A DNA stretch of 47,051 bases, taken from a virus (taxonomy: Duplodnaviria > Caudoviricetes). Below the pieces are notes generated by a model. The model was given only the letters and a program-made list of their open reading frames with translations. It ran no database searches and had not been told where the DNA came from. The DNA is taken from IMG/VR virus record IMGVR_UViG_3300025782_000021, positions 1 to 47,051 of that record, one strand, 5' to 3'. The translations under genes were made by a program, and so were the position numbers. Below, piece by piece: positions 25,817-35,426 of the stretch (position 1 is the stretch's first letter; every line of letters starts with the position of its first letter).

Positions 25817-27607
25817 ATGCTAACCCAAAGCATTGAGGTTATGAAATACGTCAGAGCTAGTGCTGGTAGAGCTGGCATCTCTGTCGTATTTGAAAATGTC
25901 AATCAACCTCGACATGATGGTAAGACAATCTATCTTCCCAAAATCACTACAGAAACAAGTCTTAGTGACCTAAAAGAACTCATGGCATCTGTTGATCACG
26001 AGGTAGCTCATGATCGTTTCAGTTGCTTTGATGTTCTTAAGGAGAAGAAGATAGATCCTAAAAGCATCTTGATGTTCGTTTGGAACTTCTTGGAAGACTC
26101 AAGGATTAACACCATTGAGGCTAACGAGTACAAAGGTTTCAGAGACAATTGGGATGAAACTAGCTCACCAATCGTAACTCGTGTTCTTACTGCTGCAAAG
26201 AAGCAAGACACACTCATTGGTAAGTTATCCACAGCTCTCATTTGTTGGGAGACAAAGCTGCTTGCTCATCATTTTCCGTTACTGGAGATGGCAGCTAGCA
26301 AGTTCACTCCTAACAAAGAGATAACAAATGTTCTTAATAACAATAGTAGTCGTCTTATTGCTTGTCATCAAATCCTCGACAAGAGGTTAGGTACAGAAAG
26401 CACCTATCAACTGGCTGTTGACATCCTCAAAGAGCTGGGTGAAGAGTGCAAAGAAGAGCTAAAGGAAGAGTTTCAAAAGTCTTCTGGTAAAGCTAAGGGC
26501 AAAGACGGTGAAAGTGAAGAATCTACTTCTATAGAAACTGGTCCTGAATCTGCGTCGGAAGACAAAGGTAGTGAGGAAAAGCTAAAAGAAGATGATTACA
26601 GGATCTTTGATGTCAAGTTAAGCAAGGAAGATCTCGATAAGTACTCATTGACAGTGCCTGAAGAAGGCGAAGAGATGGGTAAGATCGGCATCAACATTGT
26701 TGAACCAGTCAATGTGGACAACATGGACTGGGATATGACCGACTATAGCAAGTTTATAGTTGTTGACTATCCTAGAAACACTGGTCCAGAACAGATGAGG
26801 CTTACTAGCAAGTACACCTACAACTTCAAAGAACAGTATGAAGTACGAGTTGGTGACAAACTAGTTAGTCAAGAGAACTTTGCTCAACAAGTTCGTAAGC
26901 TCATTCAGATACGAGCTAGGGTACAGACACAGTATGGTACGAAGAAAGGCAAACTAGATCAATCTAGGTTGTCTCGTATCTGCTTCAATGCTCCTGGCTT
27001 CAATGAACGAATCTTTAAGAACAAAATTGAGAACAAGACTCTGGATGCTGCTATCACAGTTCTGGTTGACATGTCTGGTTCAATGAATGGTGACAAAGCT
27101 TATTACGCTTTGGCATCTACGTTGTTGCTCAATGAAGTCTCTTCGACTCTTAACATTCCAGTTGAGATCTTGGGTTTCACTGACATAGATGGTTACAACG
27201 CAGCTCCATTGATGTTCATCTACAAATCATTCTCTGATCATCGTGTCAGTAATGATGCGTTGATTGAATCATTTTCTAAGAGCAGTAGCTTTATGAATGG
27301 TAATCCTGACGGTGAGAACATTTTGTGGTCATACGACAGGCTTATCAAACGTAAGGAGAGAAAGAAGATCTTGATCGTAATGTCTGACGGTAGTCCAGCA
27401 GCTTCTAAAAGCTCTAACGGTATCGAAGGCTTTACGCTACAAGCTATTCAAGAGATAGAACGTTCTAAAAAAGTGGACATCTACGGCTTAGGTCTTTGCA
27501 GTGACTCAGTTAGCCATTACTACAAAGCTCATGATGTCGTAAGAGATCCATCAGAGATTCCAAGTAAGTTGATTTCTTTAATAGAGAGGAAGGTAATACA
27601 TGTCTAG
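25817..27607 (+). CDS. CobT-like vWA domain protein with N-terminal HExxH motif
   Basis: DHEVAH...N..ED.R motif; acidic linker; MIDAS DMSGSM; V.SDG.P. Confidence 0.85.
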   Translation: MLTQSIEVMKYVRASAGRAGISVVFENVNQPRHDGKTIYLPKITTETSLSDLKELMASVDHEVAHDRFSCFDVLKEKKIDPKSILMFVWNFLEDSRINTIEANEYKGFRDNWDETSSPIVTRVLTAAKKQDTLIGKLSTALICWETKLLAHHFPLLEMAASKFTPNKEITNVLNNNSSRLIACHQILDKRLGTESTYQLAVDILKELGEECKEELKEEFQKSSGKAKGKDGESEESTSIETGPESASEDKGSEEKLKEDDYRIFDVKLSKEDLDKYSLTVPEEGEEMGKIGINIVEPVNVDNMDWDMTDYSKFIVVDYPRNTGPEQMRLTSKYTYNFKEQYEVRVGDKLVSQENFAQQVRKLIQIRARVQTQYGTKKGKLDQSRLSRICFNAPGFNERIFKNKIENKTLDAAITVLVDMSGSMNGDKAYYALASTLLLNEVSSTLNIPVEILGFTDIDGYNAAPLMFIYKSFSDHRVSNDALIESFSKSSSFMNGNPDGENILWSYDRLIKRKERKKILIVMSDGSPAASKSSNGIEGFTLQAIQEIERSKKVDIYGLGLCSDSVSHYYKAHDVVRDPSEIPSKLISLIERKVIHV

Positions 27608-28739
27608 TCCAAAGGTAGACGATCTAGTCAAGGAGGCTCTCAAACGAGAGTTAGAAAGACGTAAACGTCCTACTGCACCAAGTAGTGAACTAAGCCTAGC
27701 TGATGAAGTTGGTGCTTTGATTGACGAAATGGTAGAGAGTAGGAAATCCAAAATGAAAGAACCAGCAGTGGTAGCTCATCCGAAGCTCAAAAGCAATCAA
27801 AAGCTTTTCTCAGAGCTTACAGGTGTCTACGTTAGGGATGAAGATGACTTTGGTGTCACTTGCTTTCACGACTATGAGTGGGATGAACGCTTAGTTCCTT
27901 TCATTCCAGAAGTCGATAAAGGCTATGTCATCGAAGAGGAAGCGGCCTCTAACATTCTTTTAGCGTGGGAATTAAATGAGAAAGTTCTTTGCTATGGCCC
28001 TACAGGGGCCGGTAAATCAAGTCTTATTCAACAGCTTTGTGCTCTTACTAATCGTCCTTTCGTTCGAGTTAATTGCACTGGCGATATGGATTCTTCAATG
28101 ATCTTTGGTCAACTAACGGCTAAGGATGGTTCAACAATCTGGGTTGACGGTGCTGTTACCGAAGCTGTTAAGTACGGTGCAGTATTCGCTTGGGACGAGT
28201 GGGACGTAACACCTCCCGAGATCTCAATGGGTCTACAGTGGCTTTTAGAGGACAACGGCAAGCTCTTTCTCAAAGAGATGCCTGGTAGTACCAAAGACAA
28301 GCAAATTGTCCCTCACGAGCATTTCCGGCTAGTCGCTATTGGCAATACACAAGGTCAAGGCGATGACACTGGTTCACATGCTGGTACTAACGTTCAAAAC
28401 TCTGCTACATTGGATCGCTTTGGTACTGCGGTATACATCAACTATCTCAACCCATTGGTTGAGGAACAAATGATCAACAACAAGTGGAGTGCATCAATTG
28501 CTCCTAAGACTACCAAGGAACTTGTTAAGCTAGCTAACTTGATTCGTCAAGGCTATCAAGCTGGACAGTTTAATCTTACGGTGTCTCCTCGTTCGTTGTT
28601 CAGTATCTGCCGAAAGATGGCTGCTGGTTACACACTCAAGAAGGCTTACAAGGTTGTGTATCTCAACAAACTGAATGAGACACAACGTAAGGTTGCTGAC
28701 GAGTTGTTCAACAAAGTGTTTGGTTCTAGAGAAGACTAA
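27600..28739 (+). CDS. CobS/MoxR-like AAA+ ATPase
   Basis: GPTGAGKS Walker A, WDE Walker B, QNSATLDRF, SPR sensor II. Confidence 0.9.
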   Translation: MSSPKVDDLVKEALKRELERRKRPTAPSSELSLADEVGALIDEMVESRKSKMKEPAVVAHPKLKSNQKLFSELTGVYVRDEDDFGVTCFHDYEWDERLVPFIPEVDKGYVIEEEAASNILLAWELNEKVLCYGPTGAGKSSLIQQLCALTNRPFVRVNCTGDMDSSMIFGQLTAKDGSTIWVDGAVTEAVKYGAVFAWDEWDVTPPEISMGLQWLLEDNGKLFLKEMPGSTKDKQIVPHEHFRLVAIGNTQGQGDDTGSHAGTNVQNSATLDRFGTAVYINYLNPLVEEQMINNKWSASIAPKTTKELVKLANLIRQGYQAGQFNLTVSPRSLFSICRKMAAGYTLKKAYKVVYLNKLNETQRKVADELFNKVFGSRED

Positions 28740-28752
28740 AAGTCAAAACCAC

Positions 28753-28783
28753 AAGGCTCTCCTACGGGAGAGCTTTCTATTTT
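28753..28783 (+). terminator. Intrinsic terminator-like hairpin
   Basis: AAGGCTCTCC-TACG-GGAGAGCTTT then a T-rich tail. Confidence 0.7.
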
Positions 28784-28803
28784 GAGTTTTATTGGGAGAA
28801 CGT

Positions 28804-29052
28804 ATGACTGACGAACAAATCATTGAGATGGCTAAAGAGGCAAAACTGCCACATTATTGGGAAACGGGTGACATTGTGTGCTTTGATCAAGTAAGGCACT
28901 TTGCCAAACTGGTAGCACAGCATGAGCGTGAGGCGTGTGCAAAAGAAGCAGACAAACGACTGTATGACTACACCATGCTTTTATCAAACCCGCCACAAAA
29001 CGGTGCGGCATGGAGTATTGCGAACGCAATCCGAGCAAGAGGTGAAGAGTGA
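28804..29052 (+). CDS. Hypothetical phage protein (FA.LVA..EREACA...A.AIRARG type)
   Basis: Recognisable short motif; GGGAG RBS. Confidence 0.7.
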   Translation: MTDEQIIEMAKEAKLPHYWETGDIVCFDQVRHFAKLVAQHEREACAKEADKRLYDYTMLLSNPPQNGAAWSIANAIRARGEE

Positions 29053-29846
29053 TTAGCAAACAGCTAATCCTAGCTAATGCTCCTAGTAACATTGGGCAGC
29101 AAGTACACGTCAACCACACAGGCTGCGAAGCAGGTGAAGACAAAAAGCGTAGGTTGTACATCAAGCGTACAGAAAAAGGTCTGCTCGCATACTGCCACCA
29201 TTGCAACGACAGGGGCTTCGCATCAGACACCAGCTCTAGGTTGTGGGAGTGGCTCCACAAAGACACGGCGACCAATCACAGCAGCTTCAAAGCTACATTC
29301 GGACCACTAAGTCCCGAAGGTAAGGTGTGGCTGCACAAGCACTACTGCGATCCAGCAGATGTCTACTTTAGGGGTGTACTAGGCCACCTAGATCAAGTTG
29401 CTCTAACTCTGTATGACCCATACTGGAATCCTATAGGCTATCAGATCAGGAACCTTAAGAAAGAACCTAAGTATCTGACAAAGATTACAAGCACAACAGC
29501 AGACTCTGCTTGGTTTAAAAACGACAACAGCACGTTATACATCACCGAGGACTATCTCAGTGCGTACCGTATTCACAATGACCTGGATGCTACTTCGCTA
29601 GCGTTACTAAGAACAACGATCACTGACAAGACTCTGATCCAAATCAGTGAGCTAGGTTTCAAGAAGATTTTTATATGGCTAGACCCCGATGAAGCAGGGA
29701 GAAAGGGGGCACGGAAAGTGCAGGAGACACTTTCACACTATCTGGATCGTGATGTTGAGATCTTCAACTACGAGAACATTAAAGAACCAAAACAATACAA
29801 ACCAAAGGAACTCAATGGACTACTCAGTTCTTTATCTCTGTGCTGA
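29049..29846 (+). CDS. DNA primase (Zn-binding + TOPRIM)
   Basis: H..C...YCHHC zinc motif; YITED..SA; WLDPDEAG. Confidence 0.85.
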   Translation: MISKQLILANAPSNIGQQVHVNHTGCEAGEDKKRRLYIKRTEKGLLAYCHHCNDRGFASDTSSRLWEWLHKDTATNHSSFKATFGPLSPEGKVWLHKHYCDPADVYFRGVLGHLDQVALTLYDPYWNPIGYQIRNLKKEPKYLTKITSTTADSAWFKNDNSTLYITEDYLSAYRIHNDLDATSLALLRTTITDKTLIQISELGFKKIFIWLDPDEAGRKGARKVQETLSHYLDRDVEIFNYENIKEPKQYKPKELNGLLSSLSLC

Positions 29847-31080
29847 GAGCAGAGAAAACTTTAGTAAGTACAGAAGGTATGTAAAGCCTCATGTAGTCAC
29901 TAAGGAAACAACAGTCATCCTTGATGGTATGGATCGTTACTACAAGACGTTTCCAAGCATCAGCAAGGTTAACTGGGACTCGTTCTCTGCATACTTAATA
30001 GCGGATCAAAGCAAACGTTTGACTGACGATGCAATCGTTAAGCTGCGTATGACTTTGACCAAAGCAAAAGACTTTGAACCACACCATGCTCACGAGGAAG
30101 TAATCAAGACTCTTATCGAGTTAGATTACTTAGCAAAGATCATGGAAGAATGTGAGAAAGTCAAAGAAGGTTCTAGTGATCTTGAACACGTTCATATCCT
30201 AGCAACCAATGCTCTTAAAGATGTGGAGAGATACATTGAAAAAGATGAGCTGTTTGTTAGTGCTGATCTATCTACTATTGCGGATCGCATATCATCTTCC
30301 GGCTACGAATGGCGCTTGGACGTACTTAATCGTTCTCTTGGTCCTCTCCGCACTGGCAACTTTGTCATTGTTGCTGCTCGCGTCGAGGTGGGCAAGACAA
30401 CTTTCTTAGCCAGTGAGGTGAGCTATCTGGCTCAACAACTACCCAAGGATCGTCCTGTGGTATGGGTTAACAACGAAGAAGAATCTTCTGTTGTGTTCTT
30501 CCGTATCGTTCAGGCTGCTCTTGGTAAAGAGTCTAAAGACATCATTGCTGACTCTAAGGCAGCTATGGATGCTTACACAACTCTTATGGGTGGTAACAAA
30601 GATAAGATCCGTGTTACTAAAGACACCAACAATCTCAAAGACCTTGAGACTCTTTTTAAAGAAGTCAATCCAGGTTTGATCGTATTCGATCAGCTTGACA
30701 AGGTTGATGGCTTTAGTAAGTCTGACGATAGAGAAGACATACGTCTAGGTAAGATCTACAAGTGGGCACGTGAGCTAGCTCGTAGCTATGGTCCAGTTAT
30801 TGCTGCATCACAGCTAAGTGCTACTGCTGTAGACCTTAAAGATCCTCCGTTTATTGGTCTTGATGCCCTACGTGGTTCTAAGACTGACAAGCCTGGTGAA
30901 GCTGACGTTGTTATCACGTTAGGTAAGTACAAGGAACCTAAGAGTCCAGAGGAAGAAATGATCCGTACTATCAATGTTCCTAAGAACAAACTTCCTGGTG
31001 GTGGTGCTAAACAGATGGAGTCAGAACGTCACGGTCAATACCTTGTGACTATTGATCCTATCCGTGCTAGGTATGAGTAA
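29815..31080 (+). CDS. Replicative DNA helicase (DnaB / SF4)
   Basis: ARVEVGKTT Walker A, IVFDQ, ASQLS, EAD, KNK motifs. Confidence 0.9.
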   Translation: MDYSVLYLCAESRENFSKYRRYVKPHVVTKETTVILDGMDRYYKTFPSISKVNWDSFSAYLIADQSKRLTDDAIVKLRMTLTKAKDFEPHHAHEEVIKTLIELDYLAKIMEECEKVKEGSSDLEHVHILATNALKDVERYIEKDELFVSADLSTIADRISSSGYEWRLDVLNRSLGPLRTGNFVIVAARVEVGKTTFLASEVSYLAQQLPKDRPVVWVNNEEESSVVFFRIVQAALGKESKDIIADSKAAMDAYTTLMGGNKDKIRVTKDTNNLKDLETLFKEVNPGLIVFDQLDKVDGFSKSDDREDIRLGKIYKWARELARSYGPVIAASQLSATAVDLKDPPFIGLDALRGSKTDKPGEADVVITLGKYKEPKSPEEEMIRTINVPKNKLPGGGAKQMESERHGQYLVTIDPIRARYE

Positions 31081-31109
31081 ATTAACTAAAGAAAGGCGAT
31101 TGGAAAACC

Positions 31110-33056
31110 ATGACCAATCCTACATTTGTAGCTATAGATGTTGAGACAACACTCAACGGTAATGAAGAAATTGGATCAGCGCATCCTAGTCATCCAGATA
31201 ACTACGTAGTAGCTTATGGCATAGACGCAGATGACTTCAGTGCAACAACATACGAGGAAGAAGTATTTGAGCGTGAGCTATATACCTTCCCTAGAGATGC
31301 AATCCTATGTGGTCACAATCTAAGCTTTGACTTAATGTATCTGTTTAAGATAGGTACACACGCCAAAGAGGTTCTGCAAGATCATAAGATCTGGGATACA
31401 CAACTAGCTGAGTACATCCTTACAGGTCAACGCACTAAGTTCTCTAGCTTAGATGAGTTGTCAGTTAAGTATGGGCTAGAAGTTAAAGATGATCGCATCA
31501 AGAAATACTTTGAAGCTGGTCTAGGTTCTGACAAGATTCCCAAAGAGGAGTTAATTCCTTATCTTGAACAGGACGTATACAACACTCGCATCATTGCTGA
31601 GAAGCAATACAAGCAAGCTGTAGCACAGAATCAACTAAAGCTCATTGAGTCTCAAATGCTAGCCTTACACGCTACAACAGAGATGATGTTCAACGGCTTA
31701 CACATTGACAAGGAAGCACTTGATAAGTACACAGTTGAGGTTGTTAACGAGTACGTACAGGTCAAGCTTGACTTGGAAGAGTTAGCTCGTGGATATCTTG
31801 AAGATATCAATAGTCCTAAACAGTGGTCACAGTTTTTCTTCGGTGGTACTAAGAAAGTCAAGGTCAAAGAGGAAGTAGGCTTCTACAAGAATGGTAAGCC
31901 TAAATTTAAATTGGTAGAAAAAGCAGTTACGTTGCTGCCGTTTATCAAGTACACTCCTGATCCCGACAAAGTATCAGCTAAAACAGGCCAAGTGTCTGTT
32001 GACGATGAAGTCCTTAACGACATGTTGAACCATACGCTTGATCTTAAAGCTAAGACAATCATCAACAAACTGTTGAAGTATCGTGAGTTGTCTAAGCAGC
32101 TCTCAACGTATGTACAAGGTCTTAGCAAACACATCATCGTTAAGCACGACGGTGCATCATACATACACGGTAAGTTGAATCACACATCGACTGTTACAGG
32201 TCGTTTGTCATCAACAAGCCCCAATCTACAAAACATCAGCAACAACCCTATCAAGCAGATCTTTACATCTCGCTTTCCAGGTGGTCGTATTGTTGAGGTT
32301 GACTTCAATCAACTAGAGGTTGTAGCTCTTGCTCACGTTACCAATGACAAACAACTTATCAAAGACATCTCAGGTGGTGCTGACATTCACTCTGAGTTGT
32401 ACAAAGATATGTTTGGTAGGTATCCAACCAAGGAAGAGCGTAAGCCATTCAAGTCTCGTACGTTCCAATTGATCTACGGTGCTGGTGCTAAGGCTATTAG
32501 CAAACAAGCTGGATGCAGCCTAGACGAGGCTAAGAAGTTTATTGATGTGTTCTATGGTCGCTACCCCAGCGTAGCTGTATGGCACACATCATTTGCGGCG
32601 CATGTTGAGAAACATGCTCAATACTCCAAAGGAGAAGATGGTTTACTTGATAAGGTACGAAGCTATACGCACGTAACTGAAACAGGTAGGCGGTTCTACT
32701 TTCAGGAGTATCACAGTGACAGTAGTTGGTCGAGCAGATCGTACAACTTCAGTCCAACTGAACTAAAGAATTATCCAATTCAAGGTTTAGCTACTGGTGA
32801 TATTGTTCCAATGATGTTGGGCAATATCTTCAAGGTACTCAAGGATCACGATAAAGTCAAGATGGTTAACACCATTCACGACTCAATTATGTTTGACGTA
32901 CACGAAGATTTCTTAAATGGATTTCTAGAAGTTATTAAGAACATGTTGAGTAGGACTCACGAGTATTTCTTGGATACGTTTGGCACACCACTTGCTCTGA
33001 AGCTCAATGCAGGAGCATCTGTTGGTGTTAATTGGTTTAATATGGAAGAAGTCTAA
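31110..33056 (+). CDS. DNA polymerase family A with 3'-5' exonuclease
   Basis: DVET, HNLSFD, Y...D exonuclease motifs; TGRLSS..PNLQN; DFNQLE; R...K...F..IYG; NYPIQG; IHDS. Confidence 0.95.
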   Translation: MTNPTFVAIDVETTLNGNEEIGSAHPSHPDNYVVAYGIDADDFSATTYEEEVFERELYTFPRDAILCGHNLSFDLMYLFKIGTHAKEVLQDHKIWDTQLAEYILTGQRTKFSSLDELSVKYGLEVKDDRIKKYFEAGLGSDKIPKEELIPYLEQDVYNTRIIAEKQYKQAVAQNQLKLIESQMLALHATTEMMFNGLHIDKEALDKYTVEVVNEYVQVKLDLEELARGYLEDINSPKQWSQFFFGGTKKVKVKEEVGFYKNGKPKFKLVEKAVTLLPFIKYTPDPDKVSAKTGQVSVDDEVLNDMLNHTLDLKAKTIINKLLKYRELSKQLSTYVQGLSKHIIVKHDGASYIHGKLNHTSTVTGRLSSTSPNLQNISNNPIKQIFTSRFPGGRIVEVDFNQLEVVALAHVTNDKQLIKDISGGADIHSELYKDMFGRYPTKEERKPFKSRTFQLIYGAGAKAISKQAGCSLDEAKKFIDVFYGRYPSVAVWHTSFAAHVEKHAQYSKGEDGLLDKVRSYTHVTETGRRFYFQEYHSDSSWSSRSYNFSPTELKNYPIQGLATGDIVPMMLGNIFKVLKDHDKVKMVNTIHDSIMFDVHEDFLNGFLEVIKNMLSRTHEYFLDTFGTPLALKLNAGASVGVNWFNMEEV

Positions 33057-33057
33057 T

Positions 33058-33606
33058 ATGACAATGATGACAGGTATCGTAGAATCCGTTTCTACAAAAG
33101 ACGTAAACACTAAGTTTGGTTTGAAACCCACCTTCTCTATGAAGGTTAATGGCACTTGGGTCAAATGTGGTTTCAAAGATCCTGGTGTTTCGGTTGGCAA
33201 TCAAGTTGAGTTTGATGGTGTCACTGGTACTTATGGTGTTGAGACTAAGAAGGTTATTGTTCTCTCCAAAGGAACAACAGCACCTGCTGCAGCAAGTCCA
33301 GCATCAACTTCTACTCCCGTAGTAGGCAAGACTTTTAGTGGTGGTGGTTACAAAGAGAAAGTGTTTCCTATCCCTCCGTTGCATGGTGATCGTGCTATTG
33401 TTCGTCAGAACGCATTGGCTCGTGCTACCGATATTTACATTGCAGCACGCGGTGGTAAGCCTTTTGAATTAGAATTGTCTACTCTGGATCTGGTTATTCA
33501 ATTTGCTCGTAAGTTTGAGGCTTACACTGCAGGTGATCTTGACCTAGAATCTGCTACTAACGAAGTCGCAAACGAAGTTGAATCGGACATTTCAACTTTG
33601 TTCTAA
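33058..33606 (+). CDS. Putative single-stranded DNA-binding protein
   Basis: OB-like beta N-terminus, acidic C-terminus ending in Phe; follows the polymerase gene. Confidence 0.5.
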   Translation: MTMMTGIVESVSTKDVNTKFGLKPTFSMKVNGTWVKCGFKDPGVSVGNQVEFDGVTGTYGVETKKVIVLSKGTTAPAAASPASTSTPVVGKTFSGGGYKEKVFPIPPLHGDRAIVRQNALARATDIYIAARGGKPFELELSTLDLVIQFARKFEAYTAGDLDLESATNEVANEVESDISTLF

Positions 33607-33611
33607 GTATC

Positions 33612-33640
33612 CCTACGCAGTTGCCGCTATGTAGGTTTTT
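33612..33640 (+). terminator. Terminator-like hairpin
   Basis: CCTAC...GTAGG stem followed by TTTTT. Confidence 0.5.
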
Positions 33641-33734
33641 GTAGAAGCTGTTAAGCCAGCATTCGAGGATGTCAACACAGGGAATTTTCTGGCTTTCTGC
33701 CCTGTTTAGTTGAAGACCAAATCGAGGCTTCTAC
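33641..33734 (+). ncRNA. Candidate pseudoknotted structured RNA
   Basis: Nested stems GTAGAAGC/GCTTCTAC, TCGA/TCGA, TCAAC/GTTGA, ACAGGG/CCCTGT plus a 7-bp loop pairing AAGCCAG/CTGGCTT. Confidence 0.6.
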
Positions 33735-33740
33735 TCTTTT

Positions 33741-33756
33741 TGTTCCACGTGAAACA
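33741..33756. promoter_or_regulatory. parS site (ParB-binding consensus)
   Basis: TGTTCCACGTGAAACA matches the consensus TGTTNCACGTGAAACA; intergenic. Confidence 0.8.
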
Positions 33757-33774
33757 CAAGATAGAAAGATAGTT

Positions 33775-34503
33775 ATGAGAGCATTAGTCGATGGTGACAT
33801 CGTAGTGTACCGAGCTGCTGCCTCTGCTAAAGAAGATGAGGCTTGGATAGCTCAATCAAGAGCTGACCAAATGATGCAAGACATTCTTGCAGACACTAAA
33901 GCTGATTCTTACAACGTTTACCTTACAGGTAGTGGTAATTTCCGTAGGGAGATTGCTCCTAGCTACAAGGCTAACAGACCAGACAGCAGACCTAAGCACT
34001 GGGAAGCAGTACGAGAGTTCCTAGTAACACAACACAAAGCATTTATTTGCAACGGCTATGAAGCAGACGATGAGATGGGTATCCAACAGGATAAGATCAA
34101 TCTCTCAACAGTCATCTGCAGCATAGACAAAGACTTACTCCAGATCCCAGGACGACACTACAACTTTGTTAAGAAGTTGCACAGTGTTGTTGTCCCTGAG
34201 AAAGGACTAAAGTTTTTGTATATACAGAGTCTCGTAGGTGACAGAAGCGACAACATCATCGGGGTAGCTGGCATTGGCCCAGTAAAAGCAGAGCAAGCTT
34301 TAGCAGAGCTTCGCACTGAGGAAGAGTGGTACAACAAGTGCCGTGAACTCTATAACGATGACGAACGCTTTCACCTCAATATGAAGCTACTCTACATCTG
34401 GCAGAAGCCCAACGACAGTTGGGAACCACCACACCTAAGAGCAGCACCAACAACCGACTCGCCCCAAAGCGAGGAGGCAACACAAAAGGAGTTACGAGGA
34501 TGA
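33775..34503 (+). CDS. 5'-3' exonuclease (T7 gp6 / FEN-like)
   Basis: DGD...Y, NFR.....YKANR, EADD, SIDKDL.Q, GD.SDNI.GV.GIG. Confidence 0.92.
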   Translation: MRALVDGDIVVYRAAASAKEDEAWIAQSRADQMMQDILADTKADSYNVYLTGSGNFRREIAPSYKANRPDSRPKHWEAVREFLVTQHKAFICNGYEADDEMGIQQDKINLSTVICSIDKDLLQIPGRHYNFVKKLHSVVVPEKGLKFLYIQSLVGDRSDNIIGVAGIGPVKAEQALAELRTEEEWYNKCRELYNDDERFHLNMKLLYIWQKPNDSWEPPHLRAAPTTDSPQSEEATQKELRG

Positions 34504-34841
34504 AAACAAGTGAACTAACAGGTGCCGCCCTTGATTGGGTAGTGGCGAAGTGTGAGCAAAGAGCAGATGCAAATATTAGAGAAGGTTATGCCGGATCATT
34601 GCTTGTAGTTGACGACAATGATTTTGGGGCGCCTGCTGCTTACTCCACCAACTGGTCACAAGGCGGGCCAATCATTGAGCGGGAAGGAATTGCCATACTC
34701 CAATGCCCACGAGGTTGGGCGGCAAGGATTGGATTTGGGGGCGAATACATAGAAGGCCCCACACCCCTGATTGCCGCCATGCGATGCTATGTTGCAAGCA
34801 AGCTGGGGGATGATGTTGAAATACCGAAGGAACAGCAATGA
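34500..34841 (+). CDS. DUF2591 / NinX-like phage protein
   Basis: ELTGAALDW.VA...YSTNWSQGGPIIERE...PLIAAMRCYV.SKLG. Confidence 0.75.
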   Translation: MKTSELTGAALDWVVAKCEQRADANIREGYAGSLLVVDDNDFGAPAAYSTNWSQGGPIIEREGIAILQCPRGWAARIGFGGEYIEGPTPLIAAMRCYVASKLGDDVEIPKEQQ

Positions 34842-35047
34842 CAACAGACATCAACATGCAGCACATGACTATAAAAGAGTATGTTGCTGTAGCTATGCTT
34901 TCAGAGCTAGCTAATGCAGAATCAACCCGTAAAGCAATAGCACGACGAGATACAACCTCTCACGAAGTTGTTAGCGTATGCTTTGCTTGGGCAGAAGTAT
35001 TCATGGAAGTAAGAGAAGAGCGTAATGCCAAGACCAAAAAAACATAA
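34838..35047 (+). CDS. Hypothetical protein
   Basis: 69 aa, ATGA-coupled to the upstream gene; MT.KEY.A..M motif. Confidence 0.65.
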   Translation: MTTDINMQHMTIKEYVAVAMLSELANAESTRKAIARRDTTSHEVVSVCFAWAEVFMEVREERNAKTKKT

Positions 35048-35426
35048 CCCCTCAGCGTACCGCAGTGGCTTAGAACAACGTTTTCAAACTGCTTGCGAAG
35101 CAAAGGGATGGAGCCTTGCCTACGAACAAGACAAGATCAAGTACGTAATACCGGCAAGTAACCACACATACACACCAGACTTTACTGTTACTAATAACGT
35201 CTACATAGAAACCAAAGGTCTATGGACAGGAGCTGACAGGAAAAAGGCTGTGCTGTTAAAGCAGCAGCACCCAGAGGTAACTATCCTCTACGTGTTGCAG
35301 CGTAACCAGGGGCTGTCTAAAAAGAGTAAGACAACTTACTTAGACTGGGCAGCTAAGAATGGCCTTGATGCTTGTGTGTTCTCTAACACCGAACATTGGA
35401 TGGAATTTATTCAAAGGTATTTATGA
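35025..35426 (+). CDS. Endonuclease I-like Holliday junction resolvase (T7 gp3-like)
   Basis: YRSGLE, YE, YTPDF, IETKG, DRKK, SKTTY.DWA.KNG. Confidence 0.92.
   Translation: MPRPKKHNPSAYRSGLEQRFQTACEAKGWSLAYEQDKIKYVIPASNHTYTPDFTVTNNVYIETKGLWTGADRKKAVLLKQQHPEVTILYVLQRNQGLSKKSKTTYLDWAAKNGLDACVFSNTEHWMEFIQRYL

Noticed and set aside
26225-26233. Isolated TTATCCACA inside coding sequence (another near 41490)
   Set aside because: Single 9-mers inside genes can occur by chance; no clustering.
25817-28739. Cobalamin biosynthesis (cobST) auxiliary metabolic genes
   Set aside because: No CobN or other cob genes; a generic MoxR-vWA pair explains the motifs.
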